This document shows positions 8,805-20,591 of a stretch of 64,000 bases of DNA, one piece after another. The stretch lies in NCBI GenBank assembly GCA_023663345.1, contig JAMPHR010000001.1, positions 199,997-263,996 of the forward strand, given 5' to 3'. Numbering within the stretch: position 1 is the stretch's first letter; every line of letters starts with the position of its first letter. This DNA is from Paenibacillus sp. (lineage in GTDB: Bacteria > Bacteroidota > Bacteroidia > Bacteroidales > Muribaculaceae). The position numbers and the translations under genes are program-made. Under the pieces are notes generated by a model that saw only the letters and a list, made by a program, of their open reading frames with translations, had not been told where the DNA came from and made no database searches.

Positions 8805-11372
8805 ATGAAGAAAGAATTTGCCATGAGAAAAAGCCTTCTTGGCCTGATGGCCGCGACGGCCATTTCGACAGGATATGCCCTGGATCATCCGGGCATAACA
8901 AGCGATAAAATCTCACCAGAGAGGTTCACTCTCATACAGGGTGCGATGCCGGTGTCGGTGTGTGTGGACGCGGCCGATGACAGCGCCGTGAGCATCGCCG
9001 CAAGAAATCTTTGTGCCGACTTCGGCAGGGTGACAGGGCGGGATGCCGCACTGATCACATCGCCTTCGGGCAACGGAGTGGTGATAGCCGGAACGATAGG
9101 CACTCCCATGATCGACCGCCTGGTGAAAGAGGGGAAGATCGATGCCTCCCAGCTGAAAGGGAAGAGGGAGAAGTATCTGATGACATTTGTGAAGAATCCG
9201 GCCGAGGGGGTGGACGAGGCGCTGGTGATAGCCGGCAGTGACCGCCGTGGCACGGTGTATGGTATATATGAATTGTCGGAGCAGATAGGCGTGTCGCCCT
9301 GGTATGACTGGGCCGATGTGCCCGTGGAGCGCCGTGACAATCTCTCGATAACACGCGGGGAATATACAGCCGGAGAGCCGGCGGTGAGATACCGTGGAAT
9401 ATTTCTCAACGATGAGGCTCCGTGTCTGACCGGATGGGTGAAGAATACATACGGGACAGGATATGGCGACCACCGGTTCTATGAAAGAGTATTTGAACTG
9501 ATACTGCGTCTGCGCGGAAACTTCATGTGGCCCGCGATGTGGAGCTGGGCTTTCTATGCCGATGATCCCGAGAACGGTGCTACTGCCGACAAGATGGGAG
9601 TGGTGATGGGTACCTCGCACCACGAACCGATGGGACGCAACCACCAGGAGTGGGCCCGCAAGCGCAAGGAGTACGGTGCATGGAACTATGCCACCAACAA
9701 GAAAGTGCTTGACAAATTCTTTGCCGAGGGTATAGCCCGCGCCAAAGGCACCGAGGATGTGATCACGATAGGTATGCGCGGTGACGGTGACGAGGCGATG
9801 AGCGAGGATGCCGACGTGAAGCTGCTTGAGAAGATCATAGACAACCAGCGCAAGATCATAAAGAAGGAGACTGGCCGTCCGGCCAAGGAGACACCTCAGG
9901 TGTGGGCCTTATATAAAGAGGTGCTGGATTACTATGACGCGGGGTTGAGAGTGCCCGACGATGTGACCCTGCTGTTGTGTGACGACAACTGGGGCAATGT
10001 GCGCCGTCTGCCCAACGAGAAGGAGCGCAAGCATCCCGGAGGCTGGGGCATGTATTACCACGTGGACTATGTGGGCGCACCCCGTAACAGCAAGCTCCTG
10101 AACTGTACGCCGATACAGAACATGCAGGAACAGCTGAACCTGACATACGATTACGGCGTGGATCGCCTGTGGATAGTGAATGTGGGTGACCTCAAGCCGA
10201 TGGAATATCCCATCACACTTTTCCTCGATATGGCATGGAACCCAAAGAAATATGATATCTCGAATATCCTTGACCATACACGCGCTTTCTGCGCCCAGCA
10301 GTTTGGCGAGGATCAGGCCGATGAGGCTGCAAGAATCCTCAACCTGCTGTGCAAGTACAATGGCCGTGTCACTCCCGAGATGCTCGACCGCAACACATAT
10401 AATCTCAAGACTGGGGAGTGGGACAAGGTTACAGCCGAATATGCCCGTCTGGAGGCCGAGGCCCTGCGCCAGTATATGACGCTGAAGCCCGAGCAACGTG
10501 ACGCATATCAGCAGATAATACTGTTCCCCCTGCAGTTGATGGGTAATCTCTATGACATGTATCATGCACAGGCCATGAACCATGCTCTTCATAAGGCAGG
10601 CGATCCCGAGGCCAACCAGTGGGCCGACAAGGTGGAGGCTTGCTTCAAGCGTGACGCCGAGCTGATGAATTTCTACAACAAAGAGATGGCCGGCGGAAAA
10701 TGGGACGGCATGATGACCCAGAAGCATATAGGGTACACCTCGTGGAACGATAATTTCCCCGCCGATACTCTACCCAAGGTGTTCAGAGTGGATGCTCCCG
10801 CATCGGATCTCGCGAAGGGGTATGTGTTCACCCCGTCGGACGGCTATGTGTCCATCGAGGCCGAGCACTTCAACAAGGCTGAGAATCCTGCCGGTGAGGG
10901 GAAATGGACTGTGCTCCCGCATGTGGGCCGCACATTGAGCGGAGTTGCCGTGATGCCCTATACCGAGCCGGTGGATGGAGCCAGTCTCACATACAAGGTG
11001 GCACTTCCCGCTGATGTCAAGGAGGTGACTGCCACGGTAGTAGTGAAGTCAACACTGGCATTTGCCAATATGGACGGACACCGTTATACGATAGGTTTTG
11101 AGGGAGAAAAACCTCAGACCGTGAATTTCAACGACAATCTCAACGAGGCCAAGGAGAATATCTACAATATATTCTACCCGACCGTGGCCCGCAGAGTCGT
11201 TGAAAAGAAGGTGAAATTGGCTGTGCCCGCCCATGATGGATCGACACCGGTGTCACTCACGGTATCGCCTCTCGATCCGGGTGTGGTATTTGAGAAGATC
11301 GTTCTTGATTTCGGAGGATACCGCAAGGGGTATCTTCACGGGGAGGAATCACCAAAGACAGTAAAATTATAA
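8805..11372 (+). CDS. GH115 alpha-(4-O-methyl)-glucuronidase
   Basis: YRGIFLNDE, GTSHHEPM, TIGMRGDGD, DDNWG, YYHVDYVG motifs; start moved downstream of the -7 element (8805 or 8823). Confidence 0.93.
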   Translation: MKKEFAMRKSLLGLMAATAISTGYALDHPGITSDKISPERFTLIQGAMPVSVCVDAADDSAVSIAARNLCADFGRVTGRDAALITSPSGNGVVIAGTIGTPMIDRLVKEGKIDASQLKGKREKYLMTFVKNPAEGVDEALVIAGSDRRGTVYGIYELSEQIGVSPWYDWADVPVERRDNLSITRGEYTAGEPAVRYRGIFLNDEAPCLTGWVKNTYGTGYGDHRFYERVFELILRLRGNFMWPAMWSWAFYADDPENGATADKMGVVMGTSHHEPMGRNHQEWARKRKEYGAWNYATNKKVLDKFFAEGIARAKGTEDVITIGMRGDGDEAMSEDADVKLLEKIIDNQRKIIKKETGRPAKETPQVWALYKEVLDYYDAGLRVPDDVTLLLCDDNWGNVRRLPNEKERKHPGGWGMYYHVDYVGAPRNSKLLNCTPIQNMQEQLNLTYDYGVDRLWIVNVGDLKPMEYPITLFLDMAWNPKKYDISNILDHTRAFCAQQFGEDQADEAARILNLLCKYNGRVTPEMLDRNTYNLKTGEWDKVTAEYARLEAEALRQYMTLKPEQRDAYQQIILFPLQLMGNLYDMYHAQAMNHALHKAGDPEANQWADKVEACFKRDAELMNFYNKEMAGGKWDGMMTQKHIGYTSWNDNFPADTLPKVFRVDAPASDLAKGYVFTPSDGYVSIEAEHFNKAENPAGEGKWTVLPHVGRTLSGVAVMPYTEPVDGASLTYKVALPADVKEVTATVVVKSTLAFANMDGHRYTIGFEGEKPQTVNFNDNLNEAKENIYNIFYPTVARRVVEKKVKLAVPAHDGSTPVSLTVSPLDPGVVFEKIVLDFGGYRKGYLHGEESPKTVKL

Positions 11373-11385
11373 TATACATATCTAA

Positions 11386-12549
<1,164 letters not shown>

Positions 12550-12561
12550 ACCCAAATAGCG

Positions 12562-13941
12562 ATGAAGAACCATAGAAAAACGATATTATCGGTGATTGCG
12601 GCGACAATGTGCGCGACAGCGGCAAACGCCATCAATCCGATAGTGCAGACATGCTACACGACCGACCCGGCACCGATGGTGCATGATGGCACGCTGTATG
12701 TGTACACCGGACATGACGAGGACGGGGCAGACTTCTTCTGGATGCAGGAGTGGAGGGTGTACTCGACTACCGACATGGTGAACTGGACCGACCACGGGTC
12801 GCCTCTCGCAATCGAGGATTTCTCGTGGGGCGATGATCGCGCGTGGGCTCCACAGTGCGTGGAGCGGAACGGGAAATTCTATTTCTATGTGCCGTTGCAC
12901 TCAAAACTATCGGGGACAATGGCGATAGGCGTGGCAGTGGGTGATTCGCCCACCGGCCCGTTCAAGGATGCGATAGGGAAACCGCTTGTGGACGGAAGCT
13001 GGGATTACATAGACCCGACCGTGTTCATAGATGATGACGGGCAAGCATATCTGTATTGGGGTAATCCGGAGATATATTATGTTAAATTGAACTCCGATAT
13101 GGTGAGCTTTGATGGAGAGGTGTGCAAAATAGAGCAATCTGAGGAGGGTTTCGGAGCCCCCGGTCCCAAGGTAAGAGACAAGGAGAAGAAGTATCGCGAC
13201 AACTATACGGAAGGGCCGTGGTTCTACAAGCGTGGCGGGAAATATTATCTCGTTTACGCAGCCGGAGGGGTCCCCGAGCATATAGCCTACTCGATGAGCG
13301 ACTCGCCCACAGGCCCCTGGAAATATATGGGGGAGATAATGCCACTGTGTGACACCGGATCGTTCACCAACCACAGCGGTATAGTGGACTACAAGGGGAA
13401 ATCGTACTTTTTCTATCATAACGGAAAACTGCCCGGTGGAGGAGGATTTGCCAGAAGCATGGCTGTGGAGCCATTTGAGTATAATGCCGACGGAACTATC
13501 CCGACGATAATGCCCACGAAAGAGGGCGCACCCGCTGTGGGGACTCTCAATCCCATGAAGAGGGTTGAAGCCGAGACCATGGCGTGGTCGAAAGGGGTGA
13601 AAACCGAGAGCAATGCCAAGACGGGCGTGTATGTGAGCGATATACATAACGGTGACTATATAATGGTAGCCAAGGCCAATTTCGGAAGCGGAAAGCCCAA
13701 GAAATTCGGAGCATCGGTGGCAAGCGCCCTGCGCGGTGGTACTATCGAGGTGAGAATGGACAGCGTGGACGGTGAGCTTATCGCGAGCCTCGAGGTGCCC
13801 GGAACCGGAGGATGGGAGAAATGGAGATATATCGAGACTCCCGCGTTGGCCGAAGTGCCCGGCGTGCATGACATATATTTCGTGTTCAAGGGGCGCAAGG
13901 GTCCGAAGCTCTTCAATATTGACTACTGGAAGTTTGAGTAA
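12562..13941 (+). CDS. GH43 xylosidase/arabinofuranosidase with C-terminal CBM6
   Basis: TDPAP, WAP, IDP, TEGP motifs; RVEAE...TGGW CBM6. Confidence 0.9.
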   Translation: MKNHRKTILSVIAATMCATAANAINPIVQTCYTTDPAPMVHDGTLYVYTGHDEDGADFFWMQEWRVYSTTDMVNWTDHGSPLAIEDFSWGDDRAWAPQCVERNGKFYFYVPLHSKLSGTMAIGVAVGDSPTGPFKDAIGKPLVDGSWDYIDPTVFIDDDGQAYLYWGNPEIYYVKLNSDMVSFDGEVCKIEQSEEGFGAPGPKVRDKEKKYRDNYTEGPWFYKRGGKYYLVYAAGGVPEHIAYSMSDSPTGPWKYMGEIMPLCDTGSFTNHSGIVDYKGKSYFFYHNGKLPGGGGFARSMAVEPFEYNADGTIPTIMPTKEGAPAVGTLNPMKRVEAETMAWSKGVKTESNAKTGVYVSDIHNGDYIMVAKANFGSGKPKKFGASVASALRGGTIEVRMDSVDGELIASLEVPGTGGWEKWRYIETPALAEVPGVHDIYFVFKGRKGPKLFNIDYWKFE

Positions 13942-13971
13942 AAAATATAAATCTGTAAATCTATATCATAT

Positions 13972-16689
13972 ATGAACAGGAAAATAATATCGGTCCTGGC
14001 TATGGCGTATGGCTGTGTCTCATGGGCATACGGAGCTGACAATGTCAGGCTCAGTAGTCCTGACGGACGCACACAGGTGACAATAGAGGTGACTGACGGT
14101 GTGCCTACATACTCGGTGGCTTACGACGGAAACGTAATGGTGGCGCCTTCGCCATTAGGACTCAACACCAATATAGGGGACTATACCGGAGGAATGGCCC
14201 TTATGGGCGCCGGTGAGGAGACTCAGGTAAAGGACAGCTATTCGCTGCGCAATATCAAGAAACACCGCGTGGAGTATGATGCCAACCGCCGTGTAGTGAC
14301 ATTCGGCAAGGGGGACAAGAAGGTGTATGACGTGGAGTTTCAGGTGAGCGACAATAATGTGGCTTTCAGGTATATGCTTCATCCCCAAGGGGAAACGCTG
14401 TGCTGTGTGGTGGACGGCGAGACCACGGGATTTGATATGCCTAAGGGAACCACTACGGTGCTGTGTCCGCAGATGGGAACCATGAGCGGATTTGCCCGTA
14501 CCGGTCCAAGCTATGAGACCCATTACACTGTTGATGAGCCGACCGGCAAGAACGGCTGGGGCGGTGGATATACGTTCCCCTGTCTGTTCAAAGTGAATGA
14601 TGACGGCTGGGTGCTTGTGTCGGAGACCGGTATCGCAGGCGATTATTGCGGATCGCGCCTGATAGGCAATCCCGACGGTAGCTATACCATAGGGTATCCC
14701 CAGGCAGGAGAGCAGAATGGGTTTGGTTCGACATCGGCATCCATTGCTCTGCCCGGCTATACACCGTGGCGCACAATCACAGTGGGCAAGAACTTGGCTC
14801 CGATCGCCGAGACCACTATAGCGTGGGATGTGGTGAAGCCACTGTATGAGGCATCCCAGGATTATAAGTATGGCAAGGGAACATGGAGCTGGATTATCGC
14901 CATGGATGCCCTGTGCAATTATGAGGGTCAGAAGAAGTATATCGATTTCGCGGCTGACATGGGGTACACGTCGGTGCTCGTGGACGCGCTGTGGGATACC
15001 AACATAGGATATGAGGGCATAGAGAAACTTGCCGAGTATGGTCACTCGAAAGGGGTGGATCTGGTGCTGTGGTACAATTCCAACGGCTCGTGGAATGATG
15101 CTCCCCAGGGTCCGCGCGGAGTCATGAACGATATAGTGAAGCGCCGCGAGGATATGGCCTGGATGAAGAAAAACGGTATCAGAGGCATAAAGGTGGATTT
15201 CTTCGGCGGTGACAAGCAGGAGACCATGAGGCTGTATCACGACATCTTAGCCGATGCCAACGATTATGGATTGCTCGTGATATTCCACGGCTGTACATTG
15301 CCACGCGGATGGGAGCGCATGTATCCCAACTATGCCGCGAGCGAGGCAGTGAGAGCGAGCGAGAATCTGCATTTCTCTCAGGGAGAGTGTGACAAGGAGG
15401 CTTTCAGCGCCACGATACACCCGTTTGTGCGTAACACTGTGGGCAGTATGGACTTCGGAGGTAGTGCCCTCAACAAATACTATAGCAGTGACAATGCCCC
15501 GAGGGGATCGAAGCGCATGACATCGGATGTGTTCGCTCTGGCTACCGCCGTGCTTTTCCAGAGCCCTCTACAGCATTTCGCCTTGGCTCCCAACAATCTG
15601 ACCGATGCTCCGGAGTGGGCCATCGACTTCATGAAGAATGTGCCCGTGACCTGGGACGAGACCCGATATATCGACGGATACCCCGGACAGTATGCCGTGC
15701 TGGCTCGCCGTCACAACAATGTGTGGTACATTGCCGGAATCAATGCTACCGACAAACCTGTGACACTGAATCTTACTCCCGACATGATGAAACCCGGCGA
15801 GACATTCACCCTCTATTCGGACGACAAGGAGCTGAACGGCTCAAAGACCGAGGGGAAGGTAGACAAGAAAGGTCGCGTGAAAATGACCATTCCCACCAAT
15901 GGCGGATGCGTGATGGTGACCCGTCCGGTTGAGAAGTTCATGGTGTATCTGTGCCTGGGACAGTCCAATATGGAGGGTGCGGCCCGATATGAGGAGTGTG
16001 ACACGGTGGATGTGCCGGAGAGATTCGTGATGATGTCGGCTGTGGATATGCCCGGCAAGGGGAGACGTATGGGTGAGTGGTACACCGCCTGCCCGCCTCT
16101 GGCACGACAGAGCACCGGCCTGACTCCCGCCGATTATTTCGGACGCGAGATGGTGAAGGCTATGCCCGAGGATGTGAAAGTAGGCGTGATAAATGTGGCT
16201 GTGGGCGGATGCAAGATCGAGCTGTTTGATCCGGAGCAGTGCTACGATTACATGAAGGATCAGCCTGACTGGATGAAGAACTTCGCCTCAAGCTACAAGA
16301 ATAATCCCTATCAGCGCCTGGTGGATATGGCCCGCAAGGCTCAGGCCGACGGCGGAGTCATAAAGGGTGTATTGCTCCATCAGGGGGAATCGAACACAGG
16401 CGACAAGGAGTGGCCGGTGAAAGTGAAGGGGCTGTATGAGAGACTTCTCGCAGATCTGGAACTGAAAGCTGAGGATGTGCCCTTGGTGGCCGGCGAGATG
16501 CTCTCGGCCGAGGAGGGGGGACAGTGTGCCTCGATGATTGACATTGTGCGCACTCTTCCCGAGGTTATCCCGACCGCCAAAGTGGTGTCGTCGGCAGGGT
16601 GCAAGGGCGCTCCCGACGGACTGCATTTCACCGCCGAAGGGTATCGCGAGATAGGCCGCAGATATGCCCAGGCCATGCTGAACAACTGA
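13972..16689 (+). CDS. GH97 glycosidase fused to C-terminal CE6 (SASA) acetyl xylan esterase
   Basis: GH97: GIKVDF, IFHG, YPN..EAV, WDETRY; CE6: GQSNM, HQGES, DGLH. Confidence 0.9.
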   Translation: MNRKIISVLAMAYGCVSWAYGADNVRLSSPDGRTQVTIEVTDGVPTYSVAYDGNVMVAPSPLGLNTNIGDYTGGMALMGAGEETQVKDSYSLRNIKKHRVEYDANRRVVTFGKGDKKVYDVEFQVSDNNVAFRYMLHPQGETLCCVVDGETTGFDMPKGTTTVLCPQMGTMSGFARTGPSYETHYTVDEPTGKNGWGGGYTFPCLFKVNDDGWVLVSETGIAGDYCGSRLIGNPDGSYTIGYPQAGEQNGFGSTSASIALPGYTPWRTITVGKNLAPIAETTIAWDVVKPLYEASQDYKYGKGTWSWIIAMDALCNYEGQKKYIDFAADMGYTSVLVDALWDTNIGYEGIEKLAEYGHSKGVDLVLWYNSNGSWNDAPQGPRGVMNDIVKRREDMAWMKKNGIRGIKVDFFGGDKQETMRLYHDILADANDYGLLVIFHGCTLPRGWERMYPNYAASEAVRASENLHFSQGECDKEAFSATIHPFVRNTVGSMDFGGSALNKYYSSDNAPRGSKRMTSDVFALATAVLFQSPLQHFALAPNNLTDAPEWAIDFMKNVPVTWDETRYIDGYPGQYAVLARRHNNVWYIAGINATDKPVTLNLTPDMMKPGETFTLYSDDKELNGSKTEGKVDKKGRVKMTIPTNGGCVMVTRPVEKFMVYLCLGQSNMEGAARYEECDTVDVPERFVMMSAVDMPGKGRRMGEWYTACPPLARQSTGLTPADYFGREMVKAMPEDVKVGVINVAVGGCKIELFDPEQCYDYMKDQPDWMKNFASSYKNNPYQRLVDMARKAQADGGVIKGVLLHQGESNTGDKEWPVKVKGLYERLLADLELKAEDVPLVAGEMLSAEEGGQCASMIDIVRTLPEVIPTAKVVSSAGCKGAPDGLHFTAEGYREIGRRYAQAMLNN

Positions 16690-16715
16690 TTGCAAAAAAA
16701 CTATAAACCACTAAT

Positions 16716-18344
16716 ATGAATTTTAAACCAACCATTATATCGCTGGCCCTGGTATCGATGCCCTTTATCAACGGCATGGCAGGGAATGACAGCAAGATAA
16801 ATACGTGTACCTCACATGGACAGTCGGTCATGACTAATCCGCTGATGTGGGCCGATGTGCCTGACCCTGACGTGATACGTGTGGGAGAGGATTATTATAT
16901 GGTGTCGACCACCATGCACCTGATGCCCGGATGTCCAGTGATGAAGTCAAAGGATCTCGTGAACTGGGAGGTGATAGGGTATGTGTTCGATACCATCGAC
17001 GATAATTCACGGTATAAACTGGAAGGGGGAACGGTGTATGGCCACGGACAGTGGGCTACGTCGCTGAGGTATCATGACGGACGGTTCTATGTGCTGTTCT
17101 CGCCCAATGATGATCCGCATAGGTCGTTCATCTACACGGCTGAGAATCCTGCCGGACCGTGGAAGTTAGTGTCAAGGACGAGGCATTTTCATGACTCCTC
17201 ATTGCTGTTTGACGACGATGGGAGGGTGTATGTGTTCTCGGGCTCGGGAAAGATACGCCTCACCGAGCTGAAGAGCGACCTCACAGATGTGAAAGAGGGG
17301 GGCGTGGATATGGATGTGATATTTCCCGATGAGGAGACTGCCGGCCTGCATGAAGGGTCGAGAGTGGTGAAGCACAACGGAAAGTATTATGCCATGGTGA
17401 TCAACTGGCCGTCGGGACGCCCGAGAAGGCAGCTGTGTTACCGCGCCGACAAGATCACCGGTCCTTATGAGCGCATGACGGTGCTTCAGGACAATTTCGC
17501 AGGGTTCCCGTATCTGGCCCAGGGTACTATCGTGGATGCTCCGGACGGATCGTGGTGGGGAGTGATATTCCAGGACCGCGGAGCCGTGGGGCGTGTGCTG
17601 ACGCTCAATCCGGTGAGATGGGTGGACGGCTGGCCAATGATGGGCGATGAGAACGGGCATGTGCCTGAGCGTATAGAATACGTGGCCAAGAGCGGTAAGC
17701 CTACCAGGCTGGTGGAGTCGGATGATTTCTCGGGTAAGAAATTGGGCTTTCATTGGCAGTGGAATCATTGTCCCGACAACGATGCGTGGTCGCTTGAGAA
17801 GCGTCGCGGACATCTGAGACTCGCGACCTCGAGAGTGGTGCCGTCGATCTATCATGCTCCAAACACCATATCGCAGAGAATGGAAGGCCCGCGATGCGAG
17901 GGATGGGTGAAGATGGATGTGTCGAAAATGAAGGATGGCGATGTGGCCGGATTCGGTGCGCTGAACGGACACTCGACGCTCCTGTCGGTGACATGCCGTG
18001 ACGGAAAGAAGTATCTCAAGAAGCACAATACTGTGGTGAACTTCGCTAATGGATCAAAAACCATAGAAAATGTGGAGGATGAGACCGAAGAAGAAATAGA
18101 ACTTGGCTCGAATAAGATATACCTGAAAGTGTCGGGTGATTTCCGTCTCGGGAAAGATGTGGCGCAGTGCCAGTACAGCCTCGACGGGAAGACTTGGCAT
18201 GATATAGGCAAGGAGTACAAGATGAGATATGACTACAGGAAGCTGTTCATGGGACAGCGGTTTGCCATCTACAATTATGCCACAAAGAGTATCGGCGGAT
18301 ATGTGGATGTGGACCATTTCGAGTACAAGCGTTATGATGATTGA
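16716..18344 (+). CDS. GH43 arabinofuranosidase/xylosidase with C-terminal beta-sandwich
   Basis: DVPDPDVIRVG, SKDLVNW, HEGS, WQWNH. Confidence 0.9.
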   Translation: MNFKPTIISLALVSMPFINGMAGNDSKINTCTSHGQSVMTNPLMWADVPDPDVIRVGEDYYMVSTTMHLMPGCPVMKSKDLVNWEVIGYVFDTIDDNSRYKLEGGTVYGHGQWATSLRYHDGRFYVLFSPNDDPHRSFIYTAENPAGPWKLVSRTRHFHDSSLLFDDDGRVYVFSGSGKIRLTELKSDLTDVKEGGVDMDVIFPDEETAGLHEGSRVVKHNGKYYAMVINWPSGRPRRQLCYRADKITGPYERMTVLQDNFAGFPYLAQGTIVDAPDGSWWGVIFQDRGAVGRVLTLNPVRWVDGWPMMGDENGHVPERIEYVAKSGKPTRLVESDDFSGKKLGFHWQWNHCPDNDAWSLEKRRGHLRLATSRVVPSIYHAPNTISQRMEGPRCEGWVKMDVSKMKDGDVAGFGALNGHSTLLSVTCRDGKKYLKKHNTVVNFANGSKTIENVEDETEEEIELGSNKIYLKVSGDFRLGKDVAQCQYSLDGKTWHDIGKEYKMRYDYRKLFMGQRFAIYNYATKSIGGYVDVDHFEYKRYDD

Positions 18345-18377
18345 TCCATAGGACACGAGACAAAGATAAAGAGTCTA

Positions 18378-18423
18378 TCAGGTTTTAACTCGCCTTAAGA
18401 TTGATTGGTGGGTTAAAACCTGA
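18378..18423 (+). terminator. Long hairpin ending the first PUL operon
   Basis: TCAGGTTTTAACTCGCC / GGTGGGTTAAAACCTGA. Confidence 0.65.
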
Positions 18424-18503
18424 AAGTCTCTTAAAATAACGTTTTTAACCAAAAGAATGTCTAATATTTAACATATTGTTAACTGGCTGGTATTCAGATG
18501 CGG

Positions 18504-18612
18504 TGAGACAAATATGTAAATAAATGAGACAAATGAGAAAGTGGATGAGATAATCGAATATGTACGTGAAACACTTAAACGATGTTAATCTCGCGACGTT
18601 GTCCTATCTTTG
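18504..18612 (+). promoter_or_regulatory. HTCS-type direct repeats plus -7 element for the GH43-susCD operon
   Basis: TGAGACA 18504, 18525, TGAGATA 18546 (21-nt period); TATCTTTG 18605-18612. Confidence 0.72.
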
Positions 18613-18667
18613 CCAAGTAAAAACAGTAATGCCAGAGAAAAAACAGTAACCATATAACCATACGACA

Positions 18668-20389
18668 ATGAACCACCTCCAGTTTAATGCCATGACGATA
18701 TGCGTGATGCTTGCGATGACAAGTTGCGGAGCCTCACGTCAGGCTGACGTCGACCCCCAGCCGGGAGCGGCGATATTCGAGTCGTTCAGCTATAAGGGCT
18801 ACGATGATTTTTATGCCGAGAATCCTCTGCCCGACAGCAGTTCGTTCTACAATCCGATTCTGCCCGGATGGTATTCCGATCCCACGATATGCACCAATGG
18901 CGAGGGGGACTATTTCATAGCCACCTCGACGTTCACTTACGTGCCCGGAGTGCCGGTGTTTCACAGCCGCGATCTGGTGAACTGGAAGCAGGTGGGACAT
19001 GTGCTCACACGCGAGTCGCAGCTGAAGAATTTCCGCCATCAGCATGTGAGCGGCGGAATATTCGCTCCCGACCTGAAATATAATCCGGCCAACAAGACCT
19101 ATTATATGATCACAACTAATGTGGGCGCCGGAAACTTCTTTGTGAAGACTCAGGATCCGATAGGGGGCGAGTGGAGCGATCCCGTGTATCTGCCCGAGGT
19201 GCAGGGGATAGATCCGTCGTTCTTCTTCGATGAGGACGGACGTGCCTATATCGTGAACAATGATGACGCTCCTAACGGAGAGGCCGAGTATCCCGGTCAC
19301 CGCACGGTGAGGATAGTGGAGTTTGACACCGCTACCGACAAGTGTGTGGGCGAGCGCAAGATCATAGTGAATAAAGGATGGCGCCCGGCCGACAAACCGA
19401 TATGGTGTGAAGGTCCGCATATATATAAGGTGGGAGGTATGTATTACCTCATGACCGCCGAGGGGGGTACTGCCATTGACCACAGCGAGGTGATATACCG
19501 CGGAAAGTCGGCCATGGGCCCGTATGAACCTTGGCAGGGCAATCCGATACTCACCCAGCGTGACCTCGACAGCAACCGCAAGGATGCCGTGACCTGTGCC
19601 GGCCATGCCGACCTGGTGCAGACTCCCGAGGGGGAATGGTGGGCGGTGTTCCTGGCCTGCCGTCCGATCGACGGGGATTATGAGAACTTAGGCCGCGAGA
19701 CATTCATGCTCCCAGTGAACTGGACCGAGGACGGATGGCCCGTGATAACCCGCAAGGGGGAGGCTGTGCCCATGATAGTGTCGCGTCCCGGTGCGGTGCG
19801 TGGCGACTCGGTGACATTCGGAAACTTTGAGTGGAAGGATGATTTCACCTCGGATTCGCTCGGACACCACTGGCTCGCCCTGCGCGGTGATGCCTCGGAG
19901 CATTATTCGCTCTCGGCTCCGGCGGGACATCTCACGCTCAAATGCTCGGAGATACCGACTACAGAGAAGGATATATCGGCGTTCCTCGGACGCAGGGTGC
20001 AGCATCACAAGTATGAGTGCGCGACCCATATAGTGTTCTCGCCCACTGATACATGTCAGCACGCCGGACTGGTGGTGATGAAGGATGAGACCCATCAGTA
20101 TCAGTTGGCCAGGACGCTTGCCAAGGAGGGACACGCCGTGACACTGAGGAAGATTGACGATAACGGCTCGACCGACCTGGCCACAGCACTCGTGAAGGAC
20201 GGCGATGCCGGAATAGACCTCAAGGTGAAGTCGGACGGGCGCACGTATGAGTTCCTGTACTCGGAGGACCGTGGAGATACATGGACCTCGCTGAAAGCAG
20301 GAGTTGATGCGCGTCACACCTCGACAGCGGTGGCCGGAGGATTTACCGGCACCACTGTGGGACCGTATGCCTCGGCAAAAAGAATATAA
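18668..20389 (+). CDS. GH43 (XynB-like) xylosidase/arabinofuranosidase, lipoprotein
   Basis: Lipobox-like MTSC; NPILPGWYSDP, GIDP, EGPH, GHAD, GRET. Confidence 0.9.
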   Translation: MNHLQFNAMTICVMLAMTSCGASRQADVDPQPGAAIFESFSYKGYDDFYAENPLPDSSSFYNPILPGWYSDPTICTNGEGDYFIATSTFTYVPGVPVFHSRDLVNWKQVGHVLTRESQLKNFRHQHVSGGIFAPDLKYNPANKTYYMITTNVGAGNFFVKTQDPIGGEWSDPVYLPEVQGIDPSFFFDEDGRAYIVNNDDAPNGEAEYPGHRTVRIVEFDTATDKCVGERKIIVNKGWRPADKPIWCEGPHIYKVGGMYYLMTAEGGTAIDHSEVIYRGKSAMGPYEPWQGNPILTQRDLDSNRKDAVTCAGHADLVQTPEGEWWAVFLACRPIDGDYENLGRETFMLPVNWTEDGWPVITRKGEAVPMIVSRPGAVRGDSVTFGNFEWKDDFTSDSLGHHWLALRGDASEHYSLSAPAGHLTLKCSEIPTTEKDISAFLGRRVQHHKYECATHIVFSPTDTCQHAGLVVMKDETHQYQLARTLAKEGHAVTLRKIDDNGSTDLATALVKDGDAGIDLKVKSDGRTYEFLYSEDRGDTWTSLKAGVDARHTSTAVAGGFTGTTVGPYASAKRI

Positions 20390-20591
20390 GTGAGTCTATG
20401 ATAAAACCAGACGACACACGATCTCCATGAAAAAAAGAATTTGCATGAAAACAAAATATTAACTAATTTAAACCCACAATTAATTAAACCTGTAAAACAT
20501 ACCTGTAACATTAACCTTGAATCATCGAAGCCACCGGGTGGCGCGATGCAAACCAATCTCACAAAGTATTTCAACATTTAGAAAAGTAACA

